A DNA stretch of 64,000 nucleotides from an uncultured Erysipelotrichaceae bacterium (GTDB lineage Bacteria; Bacillota_I; Bacilli_A; RFN20; CAG-826): contig CACYSA010000001.1 of assembly GCA_902777015.1 (NCBI GenBank), forward strand, positions 50,525 to 114,524, given 5' to 3'. The notes under the pieces were generated by a model. It did no database searches. It saw only the letters and a program-made list of their open reading frames with translations, and was not told where the DNA came from. Position 1 is the stretch's first letter, and each line of letters starts with the position of its first letter. A program made the position numbers and the translations under genes. Positions 1 through 9,295 of the stretch are shown here, one piece after another.

Positions 1-316
1 TAAAATCGAGCATCTCTTTCATTGATTGCCCACGAATGAATTCGTTAGCGATATATGGACGGCCTTCAATTGTGCCGTGATTATAAACTTTAACAATATT
101 TGGATGGTTTAGACTTGAGGCAATTGTGGCTTCATTTTGGAAACGACGAAGATTGATGGGATTTTTCATCACATCTTCTCTAATCATCTTAATAGCGACA
201 CGACGTTTATTAATGATATCTGTAGCTTCATAAACTTCCGCCATACCACCATGACCAATTCTTGCTTCAATGCGGTAGCGCCCATCTACTAGAGAACCAA
301 TTTTGATCGTGCTCAT
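1..316 (-). CDS. prkC: Hanks-type Ser/Thr protein kinase, first 105 codons only; gene runs off the left edge
   Basis: My reverse translation from ATG at 316 gives MSTIKIGSLVDGRYRIEARIGHGGMAEVYEATDIINKRRVAIKMI... This has the kinase Gly-loop (GHGGMAEV) and the VAIK lysine. ATGA start/stop overlap with the upstream PP2C gene, the classic prpC-prkC pair. Confidence 0.85.
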   Translation of the reverse strand, partial: MSTIKIGSLVDGRYRIEARIGHGGMAEVYEATDIINKRRVAIKMIREDVMKNPINLRRFQNEATIASSLNHPNIVKVYNHGTIEGRPYIANEFIRGQSMKEMLDF

Positions 317-1065
317 TCTTGGGCCTCCCAGATAACGACAGCAATGTTATCACTACCACCATTTTTATTGCCAATGGCAATAAGTTCGTTGACTTTTTGT
401 TCAACGGAATCGTCTCCTCTTAAGACTGATGTAATATCGCTTAATGGGACATTGTTATATAAACCATCACTACATAAGAGCACTCTTTCACCAGTATATG
501 GGAAAGAAGAGACAGCGACAGAGGCGCTTGGATAAACGCCTAAAGCGTTCATTAAAACGTGTCTTTTTGGATGGGTTAATGCTTCTTCAGGGGTGATTTG
601 ACCGGTTCTAATTAAATAACCGACATATGTTTGGTCTTCACTCATTTGTGTTAATTCACGTCTATTTCTTAAGAAGTAACAACGTGAATCACCAACATGG
701 CCTAAAACTGCCACATCTTTAAGAATCAATAACAATGTGATCGTTGTGCCCATTCCTTGATATGTTTTATTGCTTTGCGCTTGGGAATAGATTGATTTAT
801 TCGCTTCACGAATAACTTTTGATACCCACATCTTGGCAAAATATTTATTTAAAAAGCCTTTACGGTTTTTATAGGAAGAAACAACTGTATTGATTGCTAA
901 AGATGAGGCGAGATCGCCTTTACTTTGTCCACCCATGCCATCACAGACCACTAATAAGACATTACCAGAAGCATTAGTTAATGCTGCAGCTTGGTCTTCA
1001 TTAGAGAGGCGGACTTTTCCAATGTCAGTTTTAAAAGAGAAACGGCCAGTTAAATACTTTTTCAT
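313..1065 (-). CDS. prpC: PP2C-family Ser/Thr protein phosphatase
   Basis: 250 aa with PP2C motifs RLSNEDQ, VCDGMGG, GDSRCY and LLCSDGL. ATGA overlaps with rlmN (upstream) and the kinase (downstream). Confidence 0.9.
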   Translation of the reverse strand: MKKYLTGRFSFKTDIGKVRLSNEDQAAALTNASGNVLLVVCDGMGGQSKGDLASSLAINTVVSSYKNRKGFLNKYFAKMWVSKVIREANKSIYSQAQSNKTYQGMGTTITLLLILKDVAVLGHVGDSRCYFLRNRRELTQMSEDQTYVGYLIRTGQITPEEALTHPKRHVLMNALGVYPSASVAVSSFPYTGERVLLCSDGLYNNVPLSDITSVLRGDDSVEQKVNELIAIGNKNGGSDNIAVVIWEAQE

Positions 1066-2111
1066 ATGCTGGTCTCCTCAACTTTGGCTTTTAATTGACC
1101 ACACGCTGCATCAATATCTGAGCCAAATTCTTTTCTAATAGTCGCGGTTACTCCACCTTTCATTAGATAATCTAAGAAAGCGTGGACACGGTTACCACTA
1201 GAACGATGGAATTCTGGGAATTTATTTGTCTCATTATATGGGATGAGATTAACGTAACCCATCGTTCCTTTAATTAGTTTAATTAATTCTTGAGCGTGTT
1301 CTTTGGTATCGTTGATACCTTCTAGAAGAAGATATTCGTAGGTCACTCTTCTTTTAGTTTCTTTTTCATAATAACGGACCGCTTCCATCACTTTATCCAA
1401 AGGATAGGCACGGTTAATTTTCATTAATTTGCTTCTTAATTCATCATTAGGAGCGTGCAAAGATATCGCTAAATTGCTTTGCAGATGTTCATCAGCGAAT
1501 TTATAAATATTTTCCACGATACCACATGTTGAGATCGTGATATGTCTAGCACCGATTGCTAAACCTTTTGGGTGATTTAAGATTTTAATGAAATCTAAAA
1601 CGTTATCATAATTATCAAAAGGTTCACCTGTTCCCATAACAACAACATGGGTGACATGTTGACCTTTGTTTTCTTCTTTTAAGAGTTTGTTTATTAATAA
1701 AACTTGCCCCATCATTTCTTCTGGAAGTAAGTTTCTTTGTTTACCTAAGATACCACTGGAGCAAAATGAACAACCCATATTACAACCAACTTGTGAGCTC
1801 ACGCATACAGCGCAGCCATATGAGTAACGCATTAAGACACATTCGACTTTATAGCCATCTATTAGTTGGACTAATAATTTGATTGTGCCATCTTTACTCA
1901 CTTGTTTAGTGTGAATGCTTGGTAAATCTAAACAATATTTTTCTTTTAGAACTTCACGGAAAGATTTAGAAATATCACTCATCTCATCAAACGATGTGGC
2001 TTTCTTTTCATAAATCCACGAATAAAGTTGTGTGGCGCGATAAGGTTTTTGACCCTCACCCTCCATCACTTTGATGAGTTTATTCATTTCTAATCCGTAA
2101 AGGTTAATCAT
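1062..2111 (-). CDS. rlmN: 23S rRNA/tRNA adenine-C2 methyltransferase, radical SAM
   Basis: 349 aa with the radical-SAM cluster motif CNMGCSFC and a C-terminal catalytic Cys region (DIDAACGQL). Conserved position between rsmB and prpC. Confidence 0.9.
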   Translation of the reverse strand: MINLYGLEMNKLIKVMEGEGQKPYRATQLYSWIYEKKATSFDEMSDISKSFREVLKEKYCLDLPSIHTKQVSKDGTIKLLVQLIDGYKVECVLMRYSYGCAVCVSSQVGCNMGCSFCSSGILGKQRNLLPEEMMGQVLLINKLLKEENKGQHVTHVVVMGTGEPFDNYDNVLDFIKILNHPKGLAIGARHITISTCGIVENIYKFADEHLQSNLAISLHAPNDELRSKLMKINRAYPLDKVMEAVRYYEKETKRRVTYEYLLLEGINDTKEHAQELIKLIKGTMGYVNLIPYNETNKFPEFHRSSGNRVHAFLDYLMKGGVTATIRKEFGSDIDAACGQLKAKVEETSI

Positions 2112-3366
2112 TTTTCTTTTGTTTTCTTAATACAGCGAAATATGAGGAACTACCATATTTCTTATATGGGAAATATAGCTTATCTTTCACTAAGACAAAG
2201 TTCTCATTTTCCGCGAGGAATTCATTGATGACATTGATACTTTCTTTCTTTGAAAGAGTATCAACGAAGTAGATGAGATAGCCATCTTCTTCAACTTGTT
2301 CACTTGCTTCTTTAAGGGCAAGTTTTTGATTAGCGATTAATACATCTAGCTTTGCTAAATCAAAGCGGAGGAAATAATCTGGTAATAATTGTAATAAATT
2401 AAATCTTGAACTATCTGGCATAACGATAAATGTATGCACAGGTTTAGAAATACATGTGAGGATGGAAGAAGCTTGCGCTTCATAAACACTCACATTTTTA
2501 AGACCGTATTTGTACAAATAATTCTTTGTGCTTTTAGCGGTACCGATATTAGAAGCAATATAATCGATATTGCCCATGTTTTGATTTCTTGAAACAAAAT
2601 CAAGAAGAAGATCGTTAGGATATTCAGCATAAATAGCAATACCTCTTAATGGATCAAGGTCACCTTCATCAAGCATTTCTTTGAACGCTAATGGGAGAAG
2701 TGTCGCTAAACCTTTTTCATTAACAGGATGGGCTTTGTATTTACCTTCACCTTTAAATAAGGCAGTACCAGGAATGCCTTCAATAGCATCAAAGTCATTA
2801 GCGAATTGAAGGAAGAAATCTTCATCGCTAATTTTTTTGTTATTAATTCTGACCACTACTGGAGCTGGTTTGCTATTAGCTTTTAATGTTTTATTAGCGG
2901 AGATATGACCAAATTGCTTGGCCCACATTTTAATAATGTCACTTGGAGTGTTATAGCGGAAAGATAAGAATTCAAACGAACCAACTTCAATGTTTTCAGG
3001 AACGAGCTTCTTATCATTGAGATAAGGATTAATGAAGTCTTCAACTTTCATATCCCCTTCTTTTAAATAAGAATTAGCGTCTTTATTGCATTCTTCTTGG
3101 TTGAATTTTTTAATGAACAAAGCGTTAGATAACGCAATCAAAAGTGAAATAACACCATTTTTATCTAAGTCTCCATATTGTTTATTGATGACATAAGACA
3201 TCACTAGATAGTGACGTAAGACGCATCCCACAACTGCAGAGATGTTGGCTTTCTCTTCTTTAGGCATTTCATGTTTTCTAAATGCTTGTTTTAAAGCGAG
3301 AGAAAACGGTGTGTTTTCGTTGATGATTTTGTTTAAAATGTCTTTCGCTAAAATGTGTGGAGTCAT
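2104..3366 (-). CDS. rsmB: RsmB/Sun-like protein with NusB-like N-terminus and degenerate methyltransferase motifs (probable pseudoenzyme)
   Basis: 420 aa in the conserved rsmB slot. Colinear with RsmB, but AAPGGKT is replaced by AEYPNDL, DAPCSG by VMPDSSRF, and YSTCS by FVDTLS. See the finding at 2104-3366. Confidence 0.7.
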   Translation of the reverse strand: MTPHILAKDILNKIINENTPFSLALKQAFRKHEMPKEEKANISAVVGCVLRHYLVMSYVINKQYGDLDKNGVISLLIALSNALFIKKFNQEECNKDANSYLKEGDMKVEDFINPYLNDKKLVPENIEVGSFEFLSFRYNTPSDIIKMWAKQFGHISANKTLKANSKPAPVVVRINNKKISDEDFFLQFANDFDAIEGIPGTALFKGEGKYKAHPVNEKGLATLLPLAFKEMLDEGDLDPLRGIAIYAEYPNDLLLDFVSRNQNMGNIDYIASNIGTAKSTKNYLYKYGLKNVSVYEAQASSILTCISKPVHTFIVMPDSSRFNLLQLLPDYFLRFDLAKLDVLIANQKLALKEASEQVEEDGYLIYFVDTLSKKESINVINEFLAENENFVLVKDKLYFPYKKYGSSSYFAVLRKQKKND

Positions 3367-3388
3367 AATGACTTCTCTCCTGACTTAA

Positions 3389-3841
3389 TTAGTCTTTGTT
3401 GAAACTTTGGAAGATATCGCCAGTGAAGATTTCGTCTTCGCCTTCTCCTTCTTCCATGTCCTCATAATCCTCATTAGTAACATCAACTAAATTATCCGCG
3501 GCAATAAAGCGTGGATAGGATTCATTGAATTTACTGTAGCGATCATCTTGCGAATAATAGTAAAATTCAAGAATTTTATTAATCGCGACATCGCCGATAC
3601 TTTCTAAAATTAATTTCGCTACTTGGTCTTGTAAGACAGCGACTTTCTTAGGAGCGTGAACATGGATAATAATATTCCATGATGTTTGTTCCACGCCGTT
3701 ATGGAACACCATGTTTTCTGGTGCCACAAAAAGAATATCGTCTTCACTCATTTCGTATAACTTTGCTAAATTTGGAGTCATTTCACGAGATAAGCGTCCA
3801 ACGACGAATTGATCTAAACCATAAATGGTAATCGTAATCAT
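3389..3841 (-). CDS. Small acidic-tailed hypothetical protein, possibly DUF1904/tautomerase-like
   Basis: ORF trimmed to ATG 3841 (MITITIYGLDQ...), which has GAGGT 9 nt upstream. The ORF-track start at 3883 lies inside the priA-terminus repeat. The family call rests only on remembered sequence character. Confidence 0.5.
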   Translation of the reverse strand: MITITIYGLDQFVVGRLSREMTPNLAKLYEMSEDDILFVAPENMVFHNGVEQTSWNIIIHVHAPKKVAVLQDQVAKLILESIGDVAINKILEFYYYSQDDRYSKFNESYPRFIAADNLVDVTNEDYEDMEEGEGEDEIFTGDIFQSFNKD

Positions 3842-3862
3842 AAAAAATATACCTCGGGTATA

Positions 3863-3916
3863 AGTATAATACAGGAAATACATTTTTTATACTAAAAATT
3901 GTATGGATCAATATTA
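3863..3916 (-). repeat. Direct repeat copy C of the priA 3' terminus plus downstream spacer (putative distal island boundary)
   Basis: 3878-3916 (39 nt) is identical to 10289-10327, which holds the last 8 priA codons, the stop and 14 nt of spacer. A weaker match extends to 3863. Confidence 0.85.
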
Positions 3917-3933
3917 GTTATAGTTACCGATAG

Positions 3934-4446
3934 TTATTGAGTTGCTGAAGAATAATTATCTAATCTATCTTTAGTGCTTTTATTGCGACAATAATCATGA
4001 TAAATATCCAGCAAACTAAAAGCGTAATAATTAGCTTCTCTTTCAATGCTTCTACTGGTTCGATTTTTATCATCAAAAAAATACCATTGATAATAATATG
4101 TTAATAATTTTGTTAAGTTTAATAAAATATTGTCCATGTTTTCGATCGCTGACTTAGCTGCCACAAAAATACAAGGATAAACAATTAGATTCTCAGTTTT
4201 CTGTCCATTCACAAACTTTCCATAAATTCTTTTTCCACTTTCGTTAAGGAAAAATGAACAATTACGGATATAAATCTTACACCGAATAGGGAAAAAGTAC
4301 TTTTTTCTTAAAAAAGCAATATATTTTTTAATCAAGTTTCTTTCTTCAAAAGGATATTTTTTATCAAATAGCAATCTCAAGCCATGTTTTTTTGAATCCA
4401 AATAATACTTTTTACAATCAAAATCAATCCAAGAGTTATAGCTCAT
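3934..4446 (-). CDS. Candidate immunity protein for the RHS1 C-terminal toxin
   Basis: 170-aa ORF starting MSYNSW at ATG 4446. It overlaps the RHS1 stop (4436-4438) by 11 nt, with GGAGA upstream. The position immediately downstream of a polymorphic toxin is the only functional evidence. Confidence 0.55.
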   Translation of the reverse strand: MSYNSWIDFDCKKYYLDSKKHGLRLLFDKKYPFEERNLIKKYIAFLRKKYFFPIRCKIYIRNCSFFLNESGKRIYGKFVNGQKTENLIVYPCIFVAAKSAIENMDNILLNLTKLLTYYYQWYFFDDKNRTSRSIEREANYYAFSLLDIYHDYCRNKSTKDRLDNYSSATQ

Positions 4447-7400
4447 ATTCGTCTCCATCTCCAAATAAATAATCAAATTCATTTTCTATAAGCCATCCCA
4501 GAAAAAGTATATATTTCAAGTGGTCCCGACCAGGTGTATGGTGCTTAAGGGGTTTCCTTCCTCTTCTAAATTTGCATTTTGTATCAAACCTTTGTCTCGA
4601 TTTATTTTTTAATTCTCTTCCTTGCTTTTTTTGACCTGGCCTTGCATTTGGATCTTGTGGGTTAAATTCTTCGACTGTACAACCACTGGTTAGAACAGTT
4701 ATTTTCGTAAATTTATCTGTTGATTTGATTGTATCTTCACCGCTGAAATCTATCGTGTTAAAACTATCATTGATTGCATTTCCGATTTCGCTAATTGTTG
4801 AAGAAAGAGAATCTGAAAAGCTTTTTAAAGCTGGATATGCGATATAAACCAGTAATACACAACAAAGAAAAATACCAGAACAAGCGATTATAGTGAGTTC
4901 ATGTCCAAGAGGATCAAAATAGTTCATTGGATTATTGGCGCAGTAACAATATAAATTTAGCCCAAAAGAGTCTTTGTACTCTAAATATGCCCAATCATCA
5001 GGAGATATAAATCTACCTGTTTCTGGATCATAATATCTAGAAGTAAGCCAGTATAACTTTAAATCAGTATCGTAATAATAAGAACGATATCTAATTGGAT
5101 TAATATTACCAATGAATGAAGGGTCAGTATTCTCCAAACCATTAGAATCGAAAACTTTATGATAGCCCCACGCGTCGTAAACGTATCTTGCCACTACTTG
5201 GAAGCTACTATTTCTAATAGCAATAACATCTTGTTGAATATCCTTTTCGTAATAATAAACTTGATTATTAAAAACAAAGCCAATAACACCATTATGGGAA
5301 TTTAGATATAGTAAGGTATCAACATTATTTCTTACTTCACTGATGAGTGTTCCATTTATATAGTTATACTTTGTATAGTTTGTAGGACTGATAGATTTTA
5401 ATATCCTTTGTTTAAAACCATCATATTTAAAAGAAACTGTAACACTATTACTTACTTGATAAGTTTCTAGAAGCGTTCCTCTTGTCCAAGTTAAATTGTG
5501 ATTTCTATAAACAGTAGGATTACCATAGTTATCATATCGAATTGATTGATTATTATAAGAAGTCAATCTGTTAGGATGATTTGGATCATCATATGTGTAT
5601 AAATGCCAAGCTAAAATGTTACTAGGAGTTAGAGGCGATGAATAATCATATTCTTGTTTTGAAACAATGTTACCGTTATTATCGTAAGCAATGAAGAATC
5701 TACGATCTAATTGTTTGTTCCACTCTTCTATTAAACGTGAGTATTTATCATAAATATAGTCATTTGATTCTATTATTTGTGAAGATATCGACGTGAGATT
5801 AGAAATATTGCCAAGGCTATCATAGGTATAATGATCAGTCCTATGAAGCGTAGGAACATTGTTAGTGACACTATAATAAGAAACTGTCTTTGGAAGATTA
5901 TTACTTCTATTAGCGTCTGTTGATGAATGACAATAAGTAATTGTCTTTTTAAAGCCAGAATAGTTAATAAGAAGGGATTCTTCTGTTAACCGTGAATAGA
6001 CATCAACTTCATTGTCAACTTTTATAAAACTGCCACTATAAGCGATGGTTGATTTTTTTATAGTCTTCTCTAAGCCGTTGTTTGGATAATAAACGTAAGT
6101 GACATAGTATAAAGAGGCGACTGCCATCTCAACAAGGCGACGATTTTTTTCATATTCGTATGATACTGAAAGACCATTATAATCAACCTCTGTAGATATT
6201 AATTGGTTATAATAATCAAATTCATTCGTAATGTATGGGTTTAGATTTGGATCAAGTTGTGTAATGGCATTATCATTAATCGATATAGGATTATTGAAAT
6301 CATCGTATTCAAATTCTAGATATTCATCAGTGGTAACTCTATTTCTATTGTCAAACTCAGCATAACATTCATATCCATTTGCGTATCTAGTGTAATATCG
6401 ATAATTCTTCACAATGTCTTGATGAATGTTCGGAACGTATTCAATTTCTGCAATTTGATGATTATTATATTTGACTTCGCACACTTCTCCACCTGAAGAA
6501 TTGATGGTAAAAGTATTGTTGCTAGTTGCTAAAGAATAAGAGTCTTCACTTATGTAATTGTTATACTGGTCGAAGTAATTGGTGGCTGATGCTTTAAACT
6601 GAACGCTTTTTTCTCTTTCGCTTGTTATTGAATCAAAAGAACGTGACTCTATTAGACCATTAGGATACGTGATAACGTTGTTTCTTCCGAAACCGTTATA
6701 AGCATATGTCTTTGTGGATACGTTTTCACCGATTAGTTCACCACTACTTATGAGCTTATCCTCGTTTGAATTATCATAGGAGTTTTCGCTTAAAAAATAA
6801 TCATAACTGGAAACACTGCTAATTGTTTCTTCTAATAAGTTTCCACGATTGTCATAAGTATATTCTTCTACATAACTATCACTTCTTGTTACTTTTTGAA
6901 GGATATAATTCTCATCGTAATCATTTATATATGAATAACTATTAGTGCTACTTAGATGTTTAATTACTTCTTCCTCATAAAAGAAAGAGATATTACCACT
7001 TGAGAATGACTGGTTGTTATGCGAGATTCTTGTTACTTCAACAGTTGCATCATCCTTTGCATTTATTTTGTAAAAAGAAACATCAGCGGATGTACCTGGA
7101 CCAGCATATTTGATGCTTTTTGGACTATTTGACCAATTCATATTTAAGTAGTTTCTCATGCTAATGGTCAAAGAAGTAACGTTGTCCACTAGTTTTGTAA
7201 AATTATCAAACCAAAAATGATTAGAGCCACTACTATTGGTCCAGAACAATCTCTCGTTAGCGAGATAATCATCCATGGAGCAATGGTAATACTGCATATA
7301 GACACTTCCGTTTAAAAACACACCTTTGCCATTTGATAAAAAGTAATACGGTGTATCTCCATAAAAGAATACCGGACCATCAGTTCTAACGTTTGAGCAA

Positions 7401-8794
7401 AAAGCTTCGAACTCCCCAATTAGTGGCACTAGTTTAACTTCTTCAATAAAAACTGAATTTTGAAAATTCTTTGTGATGGTTAAATAAAACTTTCTTTGGG
7501 TGGAATGTCTAACACCAACTGGTGAGGCAAGAAGAGAGGTTCCATTTTTAAAATCTAGCATCGCTAAAGAATTACCATCATAGTCTTTTAATTCAACTGT
7601 GAGCGTGTCATTGTTTGCAAATTGGCCATAAATTCTAGCGTAGAACAAATATATTTTTTCTGATTGGATATTGCTGTTTCCGTTAACAATACTCTGATGA
7701 AACCATTCATTATTTGGCATGTCGTAGGTATATGATGACTGTTGGCCACCACTATTTAATTTAAAATGTATGATTTGATTATCATCGATGTCTTTTATTA
7801 AGCAATTAGCAAATTCTGAACTAAGTGTGAAATAACTGAGATTCCCTGAGCCTTGCGACTTTTGCGAAACTAATTGTTCTTGATTAAAATCATATAAAGT
7901 ATTAATTCCATGTGCATCTTTAACAGTCACCTTATTCTCGCCATAGTGATAATCAAAAGCATATCTAACATGATTTAAAGAAGAACTGAGAACTGAGACT
8001 TTATCGCTATAGTAATTAACAGTAAATGTATCGCCATTATCTAGTTCGAGTTCATATAAAAATGGGCTGCAGGTAAAGTTTTCTTCAATGATGTTATTAT
8101 CACCGATGTTTTTGGTGACTTTTGTCAAATAATAGTCGCTATTAAAAAGAACAGTAGATACTAGATTGTTATTGAAGTAAATCTCCACATGATTATAGTA
8201 ATAGGCAAAATAGACAGTTCTACCATAGTTATCACTGATATGGTCTATTTTTAACGAACCATTAGCACCGTCAATTAAATAAGATATGGAAACTTCCGCT
8301 GATAAAGACGATGTTATGTGTTGATGGATTAAGATAAGACGACCATATATGTCAAATTGTTGATAATTGCCATAATCATCAAATACTTTATAGCCACCAC
8401 TTTGGAGAGTTTCTAGCATTAAGCCAGAACCTTTTATATCGTAATATAGTGATGAGGAATTTATAGCTTTTTCAAACACATGTAAGAACCCATCTGAATC
8501 CTCATAATTATACTTATCAATGCTGGAATCATACTCGAGAAACACATGGTAATTTGTCTTGCATCCTTTAGGAAAACCAGTTGCATAATGTAGATATCCA
8601 ATAGAAACAGTATGCGTTTCGATATACTTTAATGATAAATTTAGTGGTAAATATCTTCCTGGCAAGGAGAATAGTTTTCGAGTAAAGTAAAGTTTTCCGT
8701 GTTCTAAATCGACCTTAAAAGAATAGTCTTTATAGTCGTGTTTTAAAAACTGCTTATATTTATCAAAATAGTAGCCAGCGAAATAGAAAGACAT
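4436..8794 (-). CDS. YD-repeat / RHS-family polymorphic toxin, 1452 aa
   Basis: Many YD repeats (YTYDNRGNLLEE, YTYDSLGNISN, IAYDNNGNIVSK, RYDNYGNPTVY). RHS core end is GNINPIRYRSYYYDTDLKLYWLTSRYYDPETGRFISPD...NPMNYFDPLGH, followed by a 154-aa variable C-terminus. GAGG lies 8 nt before the ATG at 8794. Confidence 0.9.
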   Translation of the reverse strand: MSFYFAGYYFDKYKQFLKHDYKDYSFKVDLEHGKLYFTRKLFSLPGRYLPLNLSLKYIETHTVSIGYLHYATGFPKGCKTNYHVFLEYDSSIDKYNYEDSDGFLHVFEKAINSSSLYYDIKGSGLMLETLQSGGYKVFDDYGNYQQFDIYGRLILIHQHITSSLSAEVSISYLIDGANGSLKIDHISDNYGRTVYFAYYYNHVEIYFNNNLVSTVLFNSDYYLTKVTKNIGDNNIIEENFTCSPFLYELELDNGDTFTVNYYSDKVSVLSSSLNHVRYAFDYHYGENKVTVKDAHGINTLYDFNQEQLVSQKSQGSGNLSYFTLSSEFANCLIKDIDDNQIIHFKLNSGGQQSSYTYDMPNNEWFHQSIVNGNSNIQSEKIYLFYARIYGQFANNDTLTVELKDYDGNSLAMLDFKNGTSLLASPVGVRHSTQRKFYLTITKNFQNSVFIEEVKLVPLIGEFEAFCSNVRTDGPVFFYGDTPYYFLSNGKGVFLNGSVYMQYYHCSMDDYLANERLFWTNSSGSNHFWFDNFTKLVDNVTSLTISMRNYLNMNWSNSPKSIKYAGPGTSADVSFYKINAKDDATVEVTRISHNNQSFSSGNISFFYEEEVIKHLSSTNSYSYINDYDENYILQKVTRSDSYVEEYTYDNRGNLLEETISSVSSYDYFLSENSYDNSNEDKLISSGELIGENVSTKTYAYNGFGRNNVITYPNGLIESRSFDSITSEREKSVQFKASATNYFDQYNNYISEDSYSLATSNNTFTINSSGGEVCEVKYNNHQIAEIEYVPNIHQDIVKNYRYYTRYANGYECYAEFDNRNRVTTDEYLEFEYDDFNNPISINDNAITQLDPNLNPYITNEFDYYNQLISTEVDYNGLSVSYEYEKNRRLVEMAVASLYYVTYVYYPNNGLEKTIKKSTIAYSGSFIKVDNEVDVYSRLTEESLLINYSGFKKTITYCHSSTDANRSNNLPKTVSYYSVTNNVPTLHRTDHYTYDSLGNISNLTSISSQIIESNDYIYDKYSRLIEEWNKQLDRRFFIAYDNNGNIVSKQEYDYSSPLTPSNILAWHLYTYDDPNHPNRLTSYNNQSIRYDNYGNPTVYRNHNLTWTRGTLLETYQVSNSVTVSFKYDGFKQRILKSISPTNYTKYNYINGTLISEVRNNVDTLLYLNSHNGVIGFVFNNQVYYYEKDIQQDVIAIRNSSFQVVARYVYDAWGYHKVFDSNGLENTDPSFIGNINPIRYRSYYYDTDLKLYWLTSRYYDPETGRFISPDDWAYLEYKDSFGLNLYCYCANNPMNYFDPLGHELTIIACSGIFLCCVLLVYIAYPALKSFSDSLSSTISEIGNAINDSFNTIDFSGEDTIKSTDKFTKITVLTSGCTVEEFNPQDPNARPGQKKQGRELKNKSRQRFDTKCKFRRGRKPLKHHTPGRDHLKYILFLGWLIENEFDYLFGDGDEYEL

Positions 8795-8803
8795 CTAAAA
8801 AAC

Positions 8804-9295
8804 CTCATAATCATTATAATTCACGGGATACATTTTTAATATTAAAAATTGTATGGATCGATATTAATCAATAATTCGTACTGACTGTTATAGGCGAATA
8901 GCTGTTGCATCTTTTCTAATATTTGATGGGCTTTATTTGGGTCACGATATTTCACGAGAATGTTTCTTAGATGGTAACCCATATCATAAGGTACATATGG
9001 AGTGGATGGGCCTAGTATTTGTCCTTCGTCCCCAAATTCATCATTAAGGAAGTCAACAACTTGATATGTATTTTCAATTTTGTTCGAGTTGTTTAAGTGA
9101 TGGAGGTTTTAAATAGAAAGAAATGACTCTATCATCTTTAACCTTCTTTAATGCTTGTCCAGCATCGTTGATTTCGATTTCTAATAAGACGTTTTTACCT
9201 TGATTACGAAGATCTTCAACAATGCTCTTTGGTGTACCGTATATGTTACCAACGAACTCTGCCTTTTTAAGAAGTTATTGCTTTATTATTCTTTT
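8804..9295 (-). pseudogene. Chimeric relic: internal gmk fragment fused to priA 3' fragment plus priA downstream spacer
   Basis: By hand alignment, 8804-9079 matches 10265-10540 (priA end plus 38-nt spacer) with about 16 mismatches in 276 nt. 9080-9263 matches 12682-12865 (inside gmk) with about 10 mismatches, and looser similarity runs to about 9295. The junction lies at an AATT microhomology. There is no start codon. Confidence 0.85.

Noticed and set aside
4439-4900. Calling the RHS1 C-terminus an HNH/His-Me nuclease because of KHHTPGRDH
   Set aside because: Only a short His cluster is present. There is no recognisable beta-beta-alpha-metal motif or conserved Asn or Cys/His zinc ligands, so the evidence is insufficient. 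It is left as unassigned.
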